DNA from: Eledone cirrhosa
Taxonomy: Eukaryota
DNA length: 64,000 nucleotides
Assembly: GCA_964016885.1 (NCBI GenBank)
Contig: OZ024742.1
Span: 323,206,001 to 323,270,000, forward strand
Direction: 5' to 3'
Positions 28,601-64,000 of this stretch are shown in pieces (the stretch's first letter is position 1; each line of letters begins with the position of its first letter). The position numbers were made by a program, and so were the translations under genes. Under the pieces are notes generated by a model. That model was not told the DNA's origin. It saw nothing but the letters and a program-made list of their open reading frames with translations, and did not search any database.

Positions 28601-29759
28601 GAAAAACAAGCATGTGACTACAATATCTCAAGATGGTATATTGTAAATATTCTATGCAAAATAGAAGACGTGACTTATACACAATTACGTATGGCGATTG
28701 TTTCTAACTTTAACTCAATGCTAACATTGTTCTGTCTTAACTACAATATCTCTGAAGAAGTTCACATCAGTAATTGATTTATCACTTGGTAGAAATTGGT
28801 TTTGCATATGGAGGGTAAAGCTGAGTCAACCGTAGGATATTACTGGTAGTTTTATCAATACTGGACTAATAAAAAGGAGTAATGTAGTTGATTTTTATTT
28901 TTGAGGACCGAAGACCAATGAGAGAAGAGGGTCATTGTGGTTGGTTGAGTTTGTCCTAGTAAATACACATACACCTGTAAACGTGTGTGTGTGTGAGGAA
29001 AAAAAAAATGAAATTTGCGTTCTGATCAGGAATTGAACCCATGACCTTATGATCGTGTGTCCAACAGCCTAACCACTAGGTCATACTCCTTGACTATTAT
29101 GTGTATGTGGATTTGTTTTACATCTGTTGTTTCTGTTTAATTTATCTATTCTCAATCTGTGGATTGCTTTACTGATACGTGTCAAAATGATCAGACTAAA
29201 GTAATTGTATGACAAACCAAATCATTTTGGTGGTAGATGTACTTTACCCATTTCATTTCACCGAGGCCATCTGGTTTTATGGATCAAAATCTCCCAGTTT
29301 AAAGCATGCCTATTTAAATAAAATATTCCTTCTTGATTTTATTTAAGAAGCATAACTATCTTAAATAAAAGAGTATATTTCATTAGAAATACAGACAAGA
29401 AATTAATATAATATAACTAAATTTCTTATTGTATGGTTTGCTTAGAATATAACAAAATACCTTGTACAATACTTGTGGTCTGACAGTGTCTATTTCACCT
29501 AACAATTTCATCTTTTGTGTTTGGCATTTTAACTACAGTTTTTTAGTCATGACATCCATGATATATAGATATTTATATGGACGAAGACATAGCCAAGTGG
29601 TTAAAAACTTTGCTTCACAATCATGAGGTCCCATGTTTGACTCTACTCTGTAGTATCATAGGCAGGTGTTATGAGCGAAATTGAGTAAATGGAAATTGCA
29701 TGGAAGTTCATCAAATGGACAACTTATTATTTATTGGTCCAGCCATGTGATAAAAGCCG

Positions 29760-30172
29760 ACCTTACCCAACTACACCTCTCAAAGTCAATGACACACGAC
29801 CGTGACTTCTGGCGTCACGCAGTAATACAGGGTACCCGACCTCCCATGGGTACATGCTGAAGCATATAAACAATATGCCCCCCCCCCCCCCCCCCCCCCC
29901 CCAACCGCAAGGTGGTCGTGGAGGTGCCACGGCAAAAAAGCACCCAGCCCACACTGTAAAGTGGACGTGTAGGCGCCACGAAAAAGCACCCAGCACTCAC
30001 TGTAAATGAGGTTGGTGTTAGGAAGGGCATCCAGCTGTAGAAATCAAGCCAGATCAGTTCCTGTATGAGCAAGGCATGGTCAGCCGACCAGACACTGCCC
30101 ACAACAGGACAACCCGTCTAACCCATGCTAGCGTGGAAGAACGGACGTAAAACGGTGATGATGATGATGATG
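29760..30172 (+). mobile_element. 5'-truncated RTE LINE 3' end with (GAT)n tail
   Basis: Collinear with 50335-50680. Shorter tail-only relatives lie at ~4770, 5150-5295, 20330-20500, 21160-21300, 34275-34510, 49330-49640, 50727-51083 and 56340-56620. Confidence 0.85.
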
Positions 30173-31661
30173 TCACATATTGTGTCACGCTAATTCTGCC
30201 TATGAATTCATTAAGGGTACACCTCTGAAATATTCAACCGCTTATATATTAATCCATGAGTCAGGCATGCAGTTGATAGAACGATTAAATGCTTGTTGTG
30301 TAAACAAAGCATCTATCATAGTTATTTAACAGGTGCCCTGCTGATAGATTTTCTTTCATCTTGTATTTTTTGTGTGTGCTGAGTGAAATAAATTGATTGT
30401 GGGAAGCCATCAGCTGTTTCTGAATTTAGTCTCTTTTATTATTTGCCTTTGTATCATATAAATTTATGATAGCGTTTTGCTTAGAGGTGGTGTGATTTCA
30501 ATTTTTATATCATGTGCTGTTGGTATGTGAGACACACACACATGCATATATATATGTATGTAAAAGGTAAACAGTAATAACAAAACAAAACTTTGTCAGA
30601 AGATAAATAGAAAGTAAGGAGGGGGTGGGGATGTGTGTATTCAGTCGGCCATCTTATATATATAATCATTGTCTCATCATCGTCATTTTATGTCATTATC
30701 GAGATGGGATTTTTAAAAGACTAGTTAGTTCTATTATTTGGTAGTCTTTATAAAAATTTCTAGTGGTTAGGTGTTAGGCTCAGAATTATAAGATCGTATG
30801 TTTGATTCTCTGACCAAATGATGTATTGTGTCCTTGAGCAAGAAATTTCATTTTATGTTGCTCCAGTCCATTCTGACAAAAGAAATCGGTATTAACTGCA
30901 ACAAGGGGTTAACCCAGCAATGGACTAGGACCCGTTCAAGAGGGAGTTTGGTATTTTCAGTTGCTCAATATTGATGAAACTGGTATAACCTGCCTGATGA
31001 GCCTTTGGGTTTGGAACAAACTTAGTGATGATTGTTTAGTAGTTAGCCAAAAGTCTTTGCATACTTGGAAAATGGGACCCATTGGTGCATGCAGTTCTTG
31101 ATGAGCATGGCTCATGAACAGCATGTCTCTGGAGAGGCCATTGCAGACATTTTTTTTTCCCCTTCCTGAGGCTGACATGGTTGAGAAACATAATAAAGTG
31201 TGAAGGTAGATTCTTGTTGAAGTGCTAAAGGTATAATTCAGGGGCACAATATAGATCTCAAAGAATGTATAGAGACTAAGACATGAGCTTGCTTGAAGTA
31301 CTGTATTTGATGTTGAAGGACTCAGAGCTGTAATTGAACTGCACAGTCCTCTTCATGTTGTGGAAGAATTCAATCATTTGGGTTATTAATATGCAGCTTG
31401 TTTTAACTGGTTCTGTTTGTTTAAAGTGTTTATATTTAAGTATTCATCATAATTTTATGTAAGAAATTTTAATTTCCAAACACCAGCTTAATAACAAGAA
31501 AGTTATCTTACTAAATCCCTCCAAATTCTAGTTAATTTTCAAAATCATTAGAAAATTATAGACAGTATCTTTCGTTAGAAATATGATAATGAAACAGTTA
31601 ACCATATGAATATATTTTGTCATTTCAAATTTTCTGAACTTTGTTTTTCTCTGCCTTTCAG

Positions 31662-31711
31662 AAGCAAAAGTTATCAGAATTACACAGGACAAAAGGCTAG
31701 ATGTACCTAAG
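31662..31711 (+). CDS. LARP1: Probable upstream LARP1 exon (5' UTR or N-terminal extension AKVIRITQDKRLDVPK)
   Basis: Pyrimidine tract with tttcag acceptor and strong AAG|GTAAGT donor. Stop-free and in frame with exon 35368-35466. Confidence 0.6.
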
Positions 31712-31869
31712 GTAAGTCTGTTAACTTCATTATAAAGCTGCTGTTAACTACCGTATATACTCGCGTATAGGTCGCACTTTTTTAACGATAAGTATAAATT
31801 TTTGGGGTGCGACCTATCCGATCGACATTAGACTGACCAATCATTTTTCATAGACTTAATCAACGAGCA

Positions 31870-32360
31870 CAAAGTTTGCTAGTTTGGGATATGTTTCGAT
31901 CTCACTGCTGTGAGTCTGTAAAGCTAAGCAGAAGGATTGTAAAACAAGACAAGCAGTGATTCCTGGTGTTTGCACCTCAGTCTTACAACCCCTTGATGTG
32001 GCAGTAAATAAGCACTTCAAGACTTATATCCGTAAACTCTGGACTTCTTGGATGATATCAGGTGAAAAAGAAATTACCAAAGGTGGATCATTGAAAAGAC
32101 CTGGCTTGAGATTAGTGGTGGAGTGGGTGAAGGAGGCCTGGGAAAGTATCCCTGAAGAGCTAATAATGAAGGCTTTCAAAAAATGTGGCATATCAAATGC
32201 GATGGACAGGACTGAAGATGATGTGAGGATTTAGTTGGTGAAAAGACAGAAAATGCAGAGAGTGATGAGGGAGATGATATTGAAGAATGTGAAGATGAAT
32301 TAAATGACTATTATAACGAATGCACAGTTACAGATGAAGAAATGAAAAAAAAAACTATTA
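31870..32360 (+). pseudogene. pogo-family DDE_1 transposase C-terminal fragment
   Basis: Encodes IPGVCTSVLQPLDVAVNKHFK…WVKEAWESIPEELIMKAFKKCGISNAMDRTEDD, followed by acidic codons. Confidence 0.9.
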
Positions 32361-32642
32361 ATTAACAGGTGTAAAAGTAATAACTTTATGGATAAACACA
32401 AAAATTTAAACTTTATCTGCCTTACTTGTTAGATTTGTTGCAAAAAAAATTCAATAATGACCTAGGTGTTGACTTCCATCAATTCTCAGATAGTCTTTCT
32501 CTACATTCCAGGCAAATATTTTCATAGAAAAAAATGTATAAAACCTTTTCACCGGTCAAAATAATATTTGCAATGTAGTTTTACACAATGTACGGTGTAA
32601 ATTTACGTAACAGAATGTTCCCAATGTTCATTAACAGGTGTG

Positions 32643-33012
32643 AACATGTATTGGTGTTGTATCTTTCAACCACGTTGCTGTAATATTTTCAATGGTGTCC
32701 GTCAGATCTTCGCTTTCACTTTCAAAGTAACTATCATCGTCAGAAATAAATACGTCTGATTCATTTGAAAATCACTAATATTATCTTGTTTCTTTTTCAT
32801 TTCGAATGTCGTTGCATGTAAAACCTTCAAAGTCGGTATTCGCTACTTTGGGAAGCCATGTTGATAGGCAAAAAATCTGTTATACTTTCAACGTTAAAAA
32901 ACACGTGTTATTTTAAGTTGTTTCACTATATTAAGTTAATTTTCGCGCTTAAAGGCTTTATCTCGCAGTAATCTCGAATTGACGAGATTTCGATGACGTT
33001 AATGTTTATTTT
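32643..33012 (-). mobile_element. Fragment of piggyBac family 2 (5' region and transposase N-terminus) lacking its terminus
   Basis: The reverse complement aligns by eye to 56035-56330 and 56620-56708. Confidence 0.8.
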
Positions 33013-34512
33013 ATAAATAAAAAATGGTTTGGAGTATATATCGCAACGGCGAAGTAATGGAAAGCTAACAGATTATTAGTTTCACTTATCATAAAAAATA
33101 GTAGTTTCACGGCCCAAATTTCAGTGCGACCTATCTGCGAGTCAATGGCAAATAGCCGATTTGTTAAATGAAAGGTGGGTGTGCGACCTATACACGAGCA
33201 TATACGGTAATTGTTTATTATATTTAAAATCACTATGGATGTACACAACCTGATCAAATAAGTTGTTCATTTTAACCATAGTTTCACACACACACTCTGG
33301 CTAGACAGAAATTGTTTGGACGCCTATTAGATAAACTTCCTGTAATATAAAAGGATGACCTTGTTGAATCTCCTTGAGATGTGTAAACTTTCTGGTTGGG
33401 AAGATAAAGTAAGGGGCAGTTTACTGGATTGTGGATTGTAGCTTTACTATATAGCCAGTAAAATTGATTAATTAGTATGCTTTGCAACATTTATTAAGCT
33501 GAAAATAGTAGGTCTTGTTCTCTCATTGTCAGGAAGGGAATTTATGATAAAGGAAATCTTTGGTAATTTTGATGTAATTATGTTCACTATGGCTTCCAGA
33601 ATAATCAGTTATCAAAACAAAAATACTTCCATGCTTATTTCATTGAGATAATTGAGGTATAACTAATAAACAAAATAATATCTGAAGAGCCATCTCACTT
33701 ATGGTAACTTGGTGAGAAAGAGGATTAAGAGAAATATTTAATTGGCTATCTTCTTAATGACACATCAAAATACCACATACTTCCATTTATATTCTTTTCT
33801 ATTTTAAATTCCATAATTTAGGTCATTATATACAGTACTCAGATTTTATTGTCTGATACACTGGAAGCCTGGAGTATTTTCAGGTAGATAGTGTTTGTAT
33901 ATATATATATTTGACCGGACAGTAAAGTCTCCAGGTACATAGTGCTCAGGTTAATTTATGATCTGTGTCTCCATAGCCTGGTATAAATTTTATAAAAAAT
34001 ATATTTTATATGGCTATGTGGTTAAGGAGTTTGTTTCATAACCACATAGTTTTGGGTTCGTCCTTTGTCCCATTGCATGGAATCTTGGGCAAGTGTATCT
34101 TATGAAAGACAATTGGTACATAGAAAGTTGCACTATCACGGACATGTAATGCGTATGGAGAATGATCATTGGATAATGTGCCTAGAGTTCAAAGAGAAAG
34201 GAAGACAGACATGAGCAGAAGAACGTGGAAGCTGATCTTAAGATGCTGGACCTCACAAAGGAGAGATGCTGTATCATCATCATCATCGATTAACGTCTAT
34301 CTTCCATGCTAGCATGAGTTAGATGGGTTTGTCCCATTCAGAGGCTAGTTGGGTCAGGTGACCGTGTCTTGCTCATATGGGAGTGTTTCTGACTGGTTTT
34401 CTATGGCTGGAAACCCTTCCTAATGCCAATCACATTGACAGTGTGTAATAGGTGCTTTTTGACGTGTCTTTTTACAATGTAGGCTGGGTGCCCTTCCTAA
34501 CGCCAACCACAT

Positions 34513-34720
34513 TTACAGTGTGTGCTGGGTGCTTTTTGTCGTGACACCTACACGATCACTTTACAGTGTGGGCTGGGTGCTTTTTGTTGTGACACCTACA
34601 TGGTCACTTTATAGTGTGGGCTGGGTGCTTTTTGTTGTGACACCTACATGGTCACTTTATAGTGTGGGCTGGGTGCTTTTTGTCATGACACCTACACGAT
34701 CACTTTACAGTGTGGGCTGG
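34513..34720. repeat. 48-bp tandem repeat, about 4.3 copies
   Basis: Unit TTACAGTGTGGGCTGGGTGCTTTTTGTTGTGACACCTACATGGTCACT, derived from the RTE 3' UTR. Confidence 0.92.
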
Positions 34721-35019
34721 ATGTTTTGTGGTACCAGCATAATATATATATATAATAAATGTAATCTGAATTTTTCGAATATTAATAATAACATTCGATT
34801 TGTTGGCAATTATGCAAACAAGCCTCAATTTTATAGCCATGTCAGTAGAATGAACACTTCATTCTTGCTCTTGTGTTGGTATGCGAACAGAAATGCAGAC
34901 ACTAATGTTTCTGGGTATCACCTTTCATCAGTACAGCTCACTGTTCACCTGCCAAACTGTCAGAGCTAGTGAAAATATATGCTATTTTCAAAAATACACA
35001 GTGACTGATCGGCCTGATT

Positions 35020-35290
35020 TGCATATTAGCAGATCCTCTCCTGCATGCAACAACTGATCCCTCTTATGCCTAAATTCTCATGCAGTATATTTATACTTTG
35101 CCTTTCACGTATATTGCTATTGCTCATCCAACGAAACATGGAGGCTTCATTTCTTTCCAATCTTCGCAGGTCCTCAGCACACAGTTCCCAGGCCTCGCTG
35201 CTGTGCAACATTGTTGTTCGTATACATGCATCATACAGTCTGCTTTTCATTTTGAGGGGAAAACCATGTCTTTGCAGTGACACCATTTGG
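35020..35290 (-). mobile_element. RTE LINE fragment
   Basis: Encodes LKMKSRLYDACIRTTMLHSSEAW…LRRLERNEASMFRWM; same family as the element at 49985. Confidence 0.85.
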
Positions 35291-35406
35291 GCAGCTGGTA
35301 GCATTTATGTCCTGTAACTCAACCTTATGCCTAAATTAGAAACCATTATTTATTTATTTATCTCCAGTCTCGACTCACAGCACCGACACTAGCACCAGCT
35401 ACAGAT

Positions 35407-58669
<23,263 letters not shown>

Positions 58670-59526
58670 TTATCAGCAGATCATCCTATGTCATTGGGGG
58701 TTCATACGGAGGCTGAGCTAAGCTGAATTGGGCCACATGTGTGAAAAAATAATCTGCTGGTGGCTCACCTTAAAGCTTTATACAGTACTGTTGATTTCTA
58801 TTCTAAAACGTATTCAGGGTTAACATTACAGTAACCATGATGATGATAGACTATGGGTGCCATTTTACAACTTTGATAACAACAATGGCGCTAAACATAT
58901 TTTGAATGTAAAGCTAATGAGAGAGCAAAAAATGAAAAGGAAAAAAAAAAATACAGAACATGCTATATTTTGATAATAGAATCTTCTGCTCTGCTTTTGA
59001 TTTAATAATTTTTTTTTATCATGTATATATAATATATATATATGTGTATATATATATATTTGGAAAGACAAATTCTTACCATAATACAACATAACTATAT
59101 AAAAACAAAATGTAAAAAAAATATATATACAAACTTACAAACCCCAAAAAATATATATATATATTCAGACATGAATGCAAAAAAAAAATCTTTTCAGGAT
59201 TGTGCAGTAAGCTGCATTATAAAATTGCAGTTTACCTCCCCTGTCCATGTCCCCTCCCCCTTTCTCTCTGCAAGTTAGCATTTGTATTAATTATTCTGGT
59301 GTGTGTGTGTGTGTAAATACATACATATATTGAAGTGGGTGTTTTAAATACCATTGTACTTAAAACATTCAAACATTAACTGAATCAACACTCAATATGT
59401 GAGAGCAGAGTGTAACATTTTTTTACTGATGAGAAAACTAGTTTTCAAAGTTTCAGCTACTGTTTCATCTGGCTAACAGTTGAAACTTCAAATTCACAGC
59501 TACTTTTCTCTCAAGAATATATATAT

Positions 59527-59578
<52 letters not shown>

Positions 59579-60801
59579 GCATACATATTTATTATTACTA
59601 TTATGTTTTATTAGTAGTAACAACAATAATAATCATTATTGGCTGAGGCTGATTTTTTTCCTTCTATTCTTCTTCCAGTCTTGATTTTCAAAAAAAATAA
59701 TAATAATAATAAACTTTACATGGGGGAGGGGTGTTTTAACAAAATGAGGTGGTGGTTGTTTTATCTATTTCACCCTTTTCTTTGACTGTCTTTTAATATT
59801 TTTTTTTTCCCATTCTTTACTTTCTATCTTTCTATATATTTAAATCTTACTTTTGTTTTTCTATCTTTTTATCTTTTTCTTTAACCTTCCAGCATTTTCG
59901 ATACAGTCTTTTCTTTTCCCCTCTCCCTACACACACATACACAAATACAAACCTTTATATATTATCTTTATTACTGAAATGACTGATGTTTGTATGTATG
60001 TATGTGTATGTTTATATATATATAAACATAAACACATACATATATGCACACACAACACATGCATATACACACTGACCACTGGTCCACTGCTGATTTAACT
60101 TCAGAAAGCTTCCAGTTGTTTGTTTGTTTTTAATTTTTTTTATAACATTTTTTTTTTCAAAATAAGAAAAGAAAAAAAACTATTCACAGTAAACTCTATT
60201 GTTAGTGTATATCTCAACTACATTCTTTATTTTTTATTTTATTTTCTAATTTATTATTATTACCACTGTTTTTTGTTGCTGTCTTGGAAGGGCATGAACA
60301 TTACAATGGACAATTCTCCCACTACTTCATCTCCAAACCTAAATCTGATTTAATTTGAGGTTAACAAGGGTCGATATAATTGACTTTACCCTCCTCAATG
60401 TTGCTGGCATTGTGCCTAAGTTAGAAACCATTATTATTATTATTTTATGCAAGAAGGGCGGGGGATTGGCAGTATCGGTAGAAGGCCGGACGCCATGCTT
60501 TGACGCATAGTTATGGCCCTTGCTATTCTGAGTTCAAATCCTGCCGAGGTTAACTTTGTCTTTCATCCTTATGGGGTCGATAAAATAAGGTACCAGTAAT
60601 GCACTGGGTAATTGCTGGCCTTGTGCCAAAAGTAGAAAAAATTATTTTATGGAAGGTGCTTCTTGACTTCCCCCACCCTGTTTTATCTTTTAAAAAAAAA
60701 ACTTATAAAAAAAAACACATAACAAGCAAGGAATAGCTATTTTCCTATTTAAAAAAAAGTTTAAAACAATAAAACTTACACAATAAAAATGAATGAATAA
60801 A
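58670..60801 (+). other. Probable LARP1 3' UTR with polyadenylation signals
   Basis: Largely TE-free AT-rich stretch after the stop. AATAAA occurs at ~59708, 60768, 60782 and 60796. The true end is unknown. Confidence 0.45.
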
Positions 60802-62382
60802 AACCTCTTCCCCCTCCCTACTTCCATTTTTTATAAACAATTTCCTAGTCTGTGATAGATAAGAGGAACTGTGGCACTTTCTCTTTCCTTCTTGCTCCTT
60901 CATTCTCTTTCTTCCACTTTCTCGCTATCCCCTCTCCCTCCCTCCCTCTTTCTCACTATTTTCTCCTTTCTCTCTCTCTCACCCCCCACTATTTTCTCCC
61001 CTCTTCTGTAATTACTAAAGTCCCATTGTAATTAAAAAACACTAGAAATTCAAGCCATTAGCAACATGTACATTATTGCTAATGCGATGAACATTTTTGA
61101 AGCTTTGTAAGTAAGTTGGTTGCCTTTAAAAAAAAAAAATGTTTGTGTGTGTGGTGCACATGTAAGAGATTATATCAATAGGACTATCCCAATCTAGGGC
61201 TGCTATCATTAAAACACTAGCAGCAAATCTTGACATAACTGAAGTATAGTTGTAGAGCAGAATGTGCAGGATTAGCTCTAGTTACTCAACAACAGCCACC
61301 ACTACTACTACTACTTACCTTTCAATTCAAATATATTCTGGTCACTTACATAATAGTGACTTTGACAAGGATAATCATCATTATCATGTATATCTCCAAG
61401 TAGACCTATTTCACTTATACCATAGTCTACCCCATGCAAACATGGGAAAAGAAAAAATTGTTGAGTGCTAAATATAAGCTTCCAATTTACATTATTCTTG
61501 TCATCTAATCGACAAGCAAGTCAGGTGATATAATTATATGCACTTTGTACACTCTAAACAGGATGTGGTCCCACAGACCGTTTAGGAGGACAGTGACCCA
61601 GATTATTGGCTTGATTTGTAACAACCCGTCCAACTCATGCCAACATGGAAAGATAGACATAACAATGGCAATGATGATAATGATGTGCTATCAAATCATA
61701 TTTTAGTAGCGCTTCTCTAATTTTCTGATATTAGTAAAGGTCATCTAGAAAAGAAAATATTCTTTTTTCCATCATGGATGTGTCTTTTGCATAGGTGAAC
61801 ATGCATGGACTAGTGGTTATGGTGTTGAACTCACAATCATAAGGTTGTAGGTACAGTTCCTGAGTGTTGTATCTTTGAGAAAAATGCTTTATTTCACATT
61901 GCTCCAGTCCATTCAACTGGGGAAAATATGAATACCAGGGACAGCTGGAAGTTAACTCCCAGCAACTGACTAGTGTCTAGTTCAAGAGGTGTTTTCATGA
62001 TATAACTGGAGTCCCATTCATTAAAACGCCCAAGAAACCTACTATGCAATGCAACCTTCAGGGGCCCCCTATGAGATACAACCTCGTAGGAGGCCAGTTA
62101 AACCTACAAAGGTGTGAGAAGCTAACAACCATCTTCCGTATGGGTTGAAGTTAAAGGTTAGTGGAGGGAAAGAGAATGGGGATGGAGGCTTTCTTTTCTT
62201 TTTTTAAATATATAGATGGAAAATATTTTAAAAAGTCATCCACCTTATTGATTGATCAATTGTCTTATTTTGGTATTGGAATTTCTATTTTTGTACTTAA
62301 CAAAAGACTTGTTTTACCATGCACTGTGGTGTATTACTTGTGTGTGCATGTATGGATATATGTCTGTTATATATAATGTATG

Positions 62383-62386
<4 letters not shown>

Positions 62387-62440
<54 letters not shown>
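62387..62440. repeat. (AC)n microsatellite (also 59531-59575; (TA)n at 1141-1198, 3224-3292, 50680-50722, 62817-62850; (CT)n at 54462-54515)
   Basis: Read directly from the sequence. Confidence 0.95.
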
Positions 62441-62444
<4 letters not shown>

Positions 62445-62813
62445 ATATATAAACATTTTTTACTCTAATTGGATTTCTCTCACTTCCTCCAATTCCATTC
62501 TCTTCCTTTCTGGGTTTTGTTTCTGCGGGAGTTAGAAGACTTTCTGTAAATTTTTTGTTGGACATTATATAACATCTGTTGACAACATTAGTAAATCTTG
62601 TGCTGCATGGTGTTGTGGTCTTTCAGTATAGCTTATAGCTCATACTAGAAAAATGACAACAAAAGAGATTGTTACAAATAGACTTTACACATTCACAATA
62701 GTTTGATTCCCTGTCAACCCACCCCACAAGACCTCCTATAAGATACAACCTTTATGAGGCCAGCTAAACCTACATAAGTGTGAGCTGTAATTTTCATTTT
62801 CCACCACCACCAC

Positions 62814-62856
<43 letters not shown>

Positions 62857-64000
62857 CATACATACATGAGTTAAGGCACATGGCCTAGTGGTTAGTGTTG
62901 GGCTCACTATGATATGGTCATGAGTTCACTTCCTGCACTAGGCATTGTGAAAGTCTTCAGCAAGACTTCATTTCATGCTGCTTTTCAAAACAAGACTGGG
63001 CCTATTATAAAAAGACATTCAAGAAACCTACTATGAAATAGAACCTTGTAGTAGGCCAGCTAAATCTGCAGAGGTAAAAGCTGTAAATTTCATTTTTTCA
63101 TTTCACTTCATACATGGGTTAAGTTCTTTTGTTAGCTGTAAACCTTCCTTCCATTTGTATGTTAACATTTTCAAATAACTAATGTATGGTTCTGAATTCA
63201 AAACCGTCTTTAATGAATATAAATTAAATTCTTTTTAATTCTTCATTTTGACCTGGATTTAAAGTTTTATTTAAAAACAAAATATTATCAAGATGAGTTG
63301 CTATTTCACTGTAAGTTTTTTCATATATGTCCCCTGATTCCTCGTGCATACAAAACGAAATTTTATGATAATTTGTTCTCTTTAAGAAGTAGTAGATTGT
63401 TTGTTCTAACAATAGTTGTTGTAGTTGGCTGTAATTAATGTGAAGAGTGCAAGTGGTAAATTAATAGCAAATAGAACCTGTAGCTGTGGTTTTGGTTTGT
63501 ACTTGACATCAGCTTTACCTAACTAGGTTAATATGATTTAGAAATTACTTCAGATCTTTAGTTTTTCACAAGGTATTAGTTGGAATTTAATGGCATTTAT
63601 TGCCAGACCCTAACTATAGCTGACGTTTATCAGTGATGGGAATATTTTTGGAAGGAGATATCGAGTGTCGCAAAGGATGCAGCTGCTTATAATCTTTAGG
63701 GTTAGCCGGACCCAAATGATAGGGTAGGTTATGGTGAAGTGTTTGATACACTCCTATTTCTGTCTACTGTGAATCCAGCCCATAGTCATGTGTAAAGTTT
63801 AAATGAAATACTCTTTACTGCAGTCTGACTCATGTCACTGCTTTAGGAGTTTTATCGAGAAATGGCTTATTTTGCCATTGAGTCTCGTCTTATTAACCCT
63901 TTCAATACCAACCTGCCCCAAAACCAGTTCTGGTTCTGTGAAACAAAATTACCCATTCTAAAATGGTTTCATTTTAAATTAAAATCTTCCAACATAAACG

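Larger units (their letters stand above)
31751..33207 (+). mobile_element. pogo/Tigger-type (Tc1-mariner) deletion derivative containing a piggyBac fragment
   Basis: TA target duplication (31749-50, 33208-09). 27-bp TIRs CCGTATATACTCGCGTATAGGTCGCAC match at 25/27. Internal GTGCGACCTAT repeats at ~31807 and ~33124. Confidence 0.9.

Noticed and set aside
34513-34720. CRISPR-like array or 149-aa repeat protein
   Set aside because: The units are contiguous with no unique spacers and there are no cas genes. The unit derives from a LINE UTR and the ORF is a by-product.

Overview
AT-rich, repeat-dense animal genomic DNA. The repeat content resembles an octopus or other cephalopod, which is inference. 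The window is dominated by one + strand multi-exon gene, La-related protein 1 (LARP1/LARP1B family). I assembled 18 GT-AG coding exons in one continuous frame from ATG 35407 to TGA 58667-58669 (836 aa without the optional NAGNAG residues). An in-frame upstream exon lies at 31662-31711. The protein has KWVPL, an RG-rich tract, a La motif, a PAM2 motif and a C-terminal DM15 cap/TOP-binding domain. Promoter-like clusters at ~1.4 kb and ~3.7 kb imply a ~28 kb first intron, and a candidate divergent gene starts at 265 on the minus strand. Introns hold a decayed TIR-bounded piggyBac, many MITEs sharing its ends, a second piggyBac family, a pogo-type element carrying a piggyBac fragment, a non-autonomous Helitron, RTE LINE pieces, tRNA-SINEs and microsatellites. 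No CRISPR, rRNA, intact tRNA or prokaryotic system is supported.
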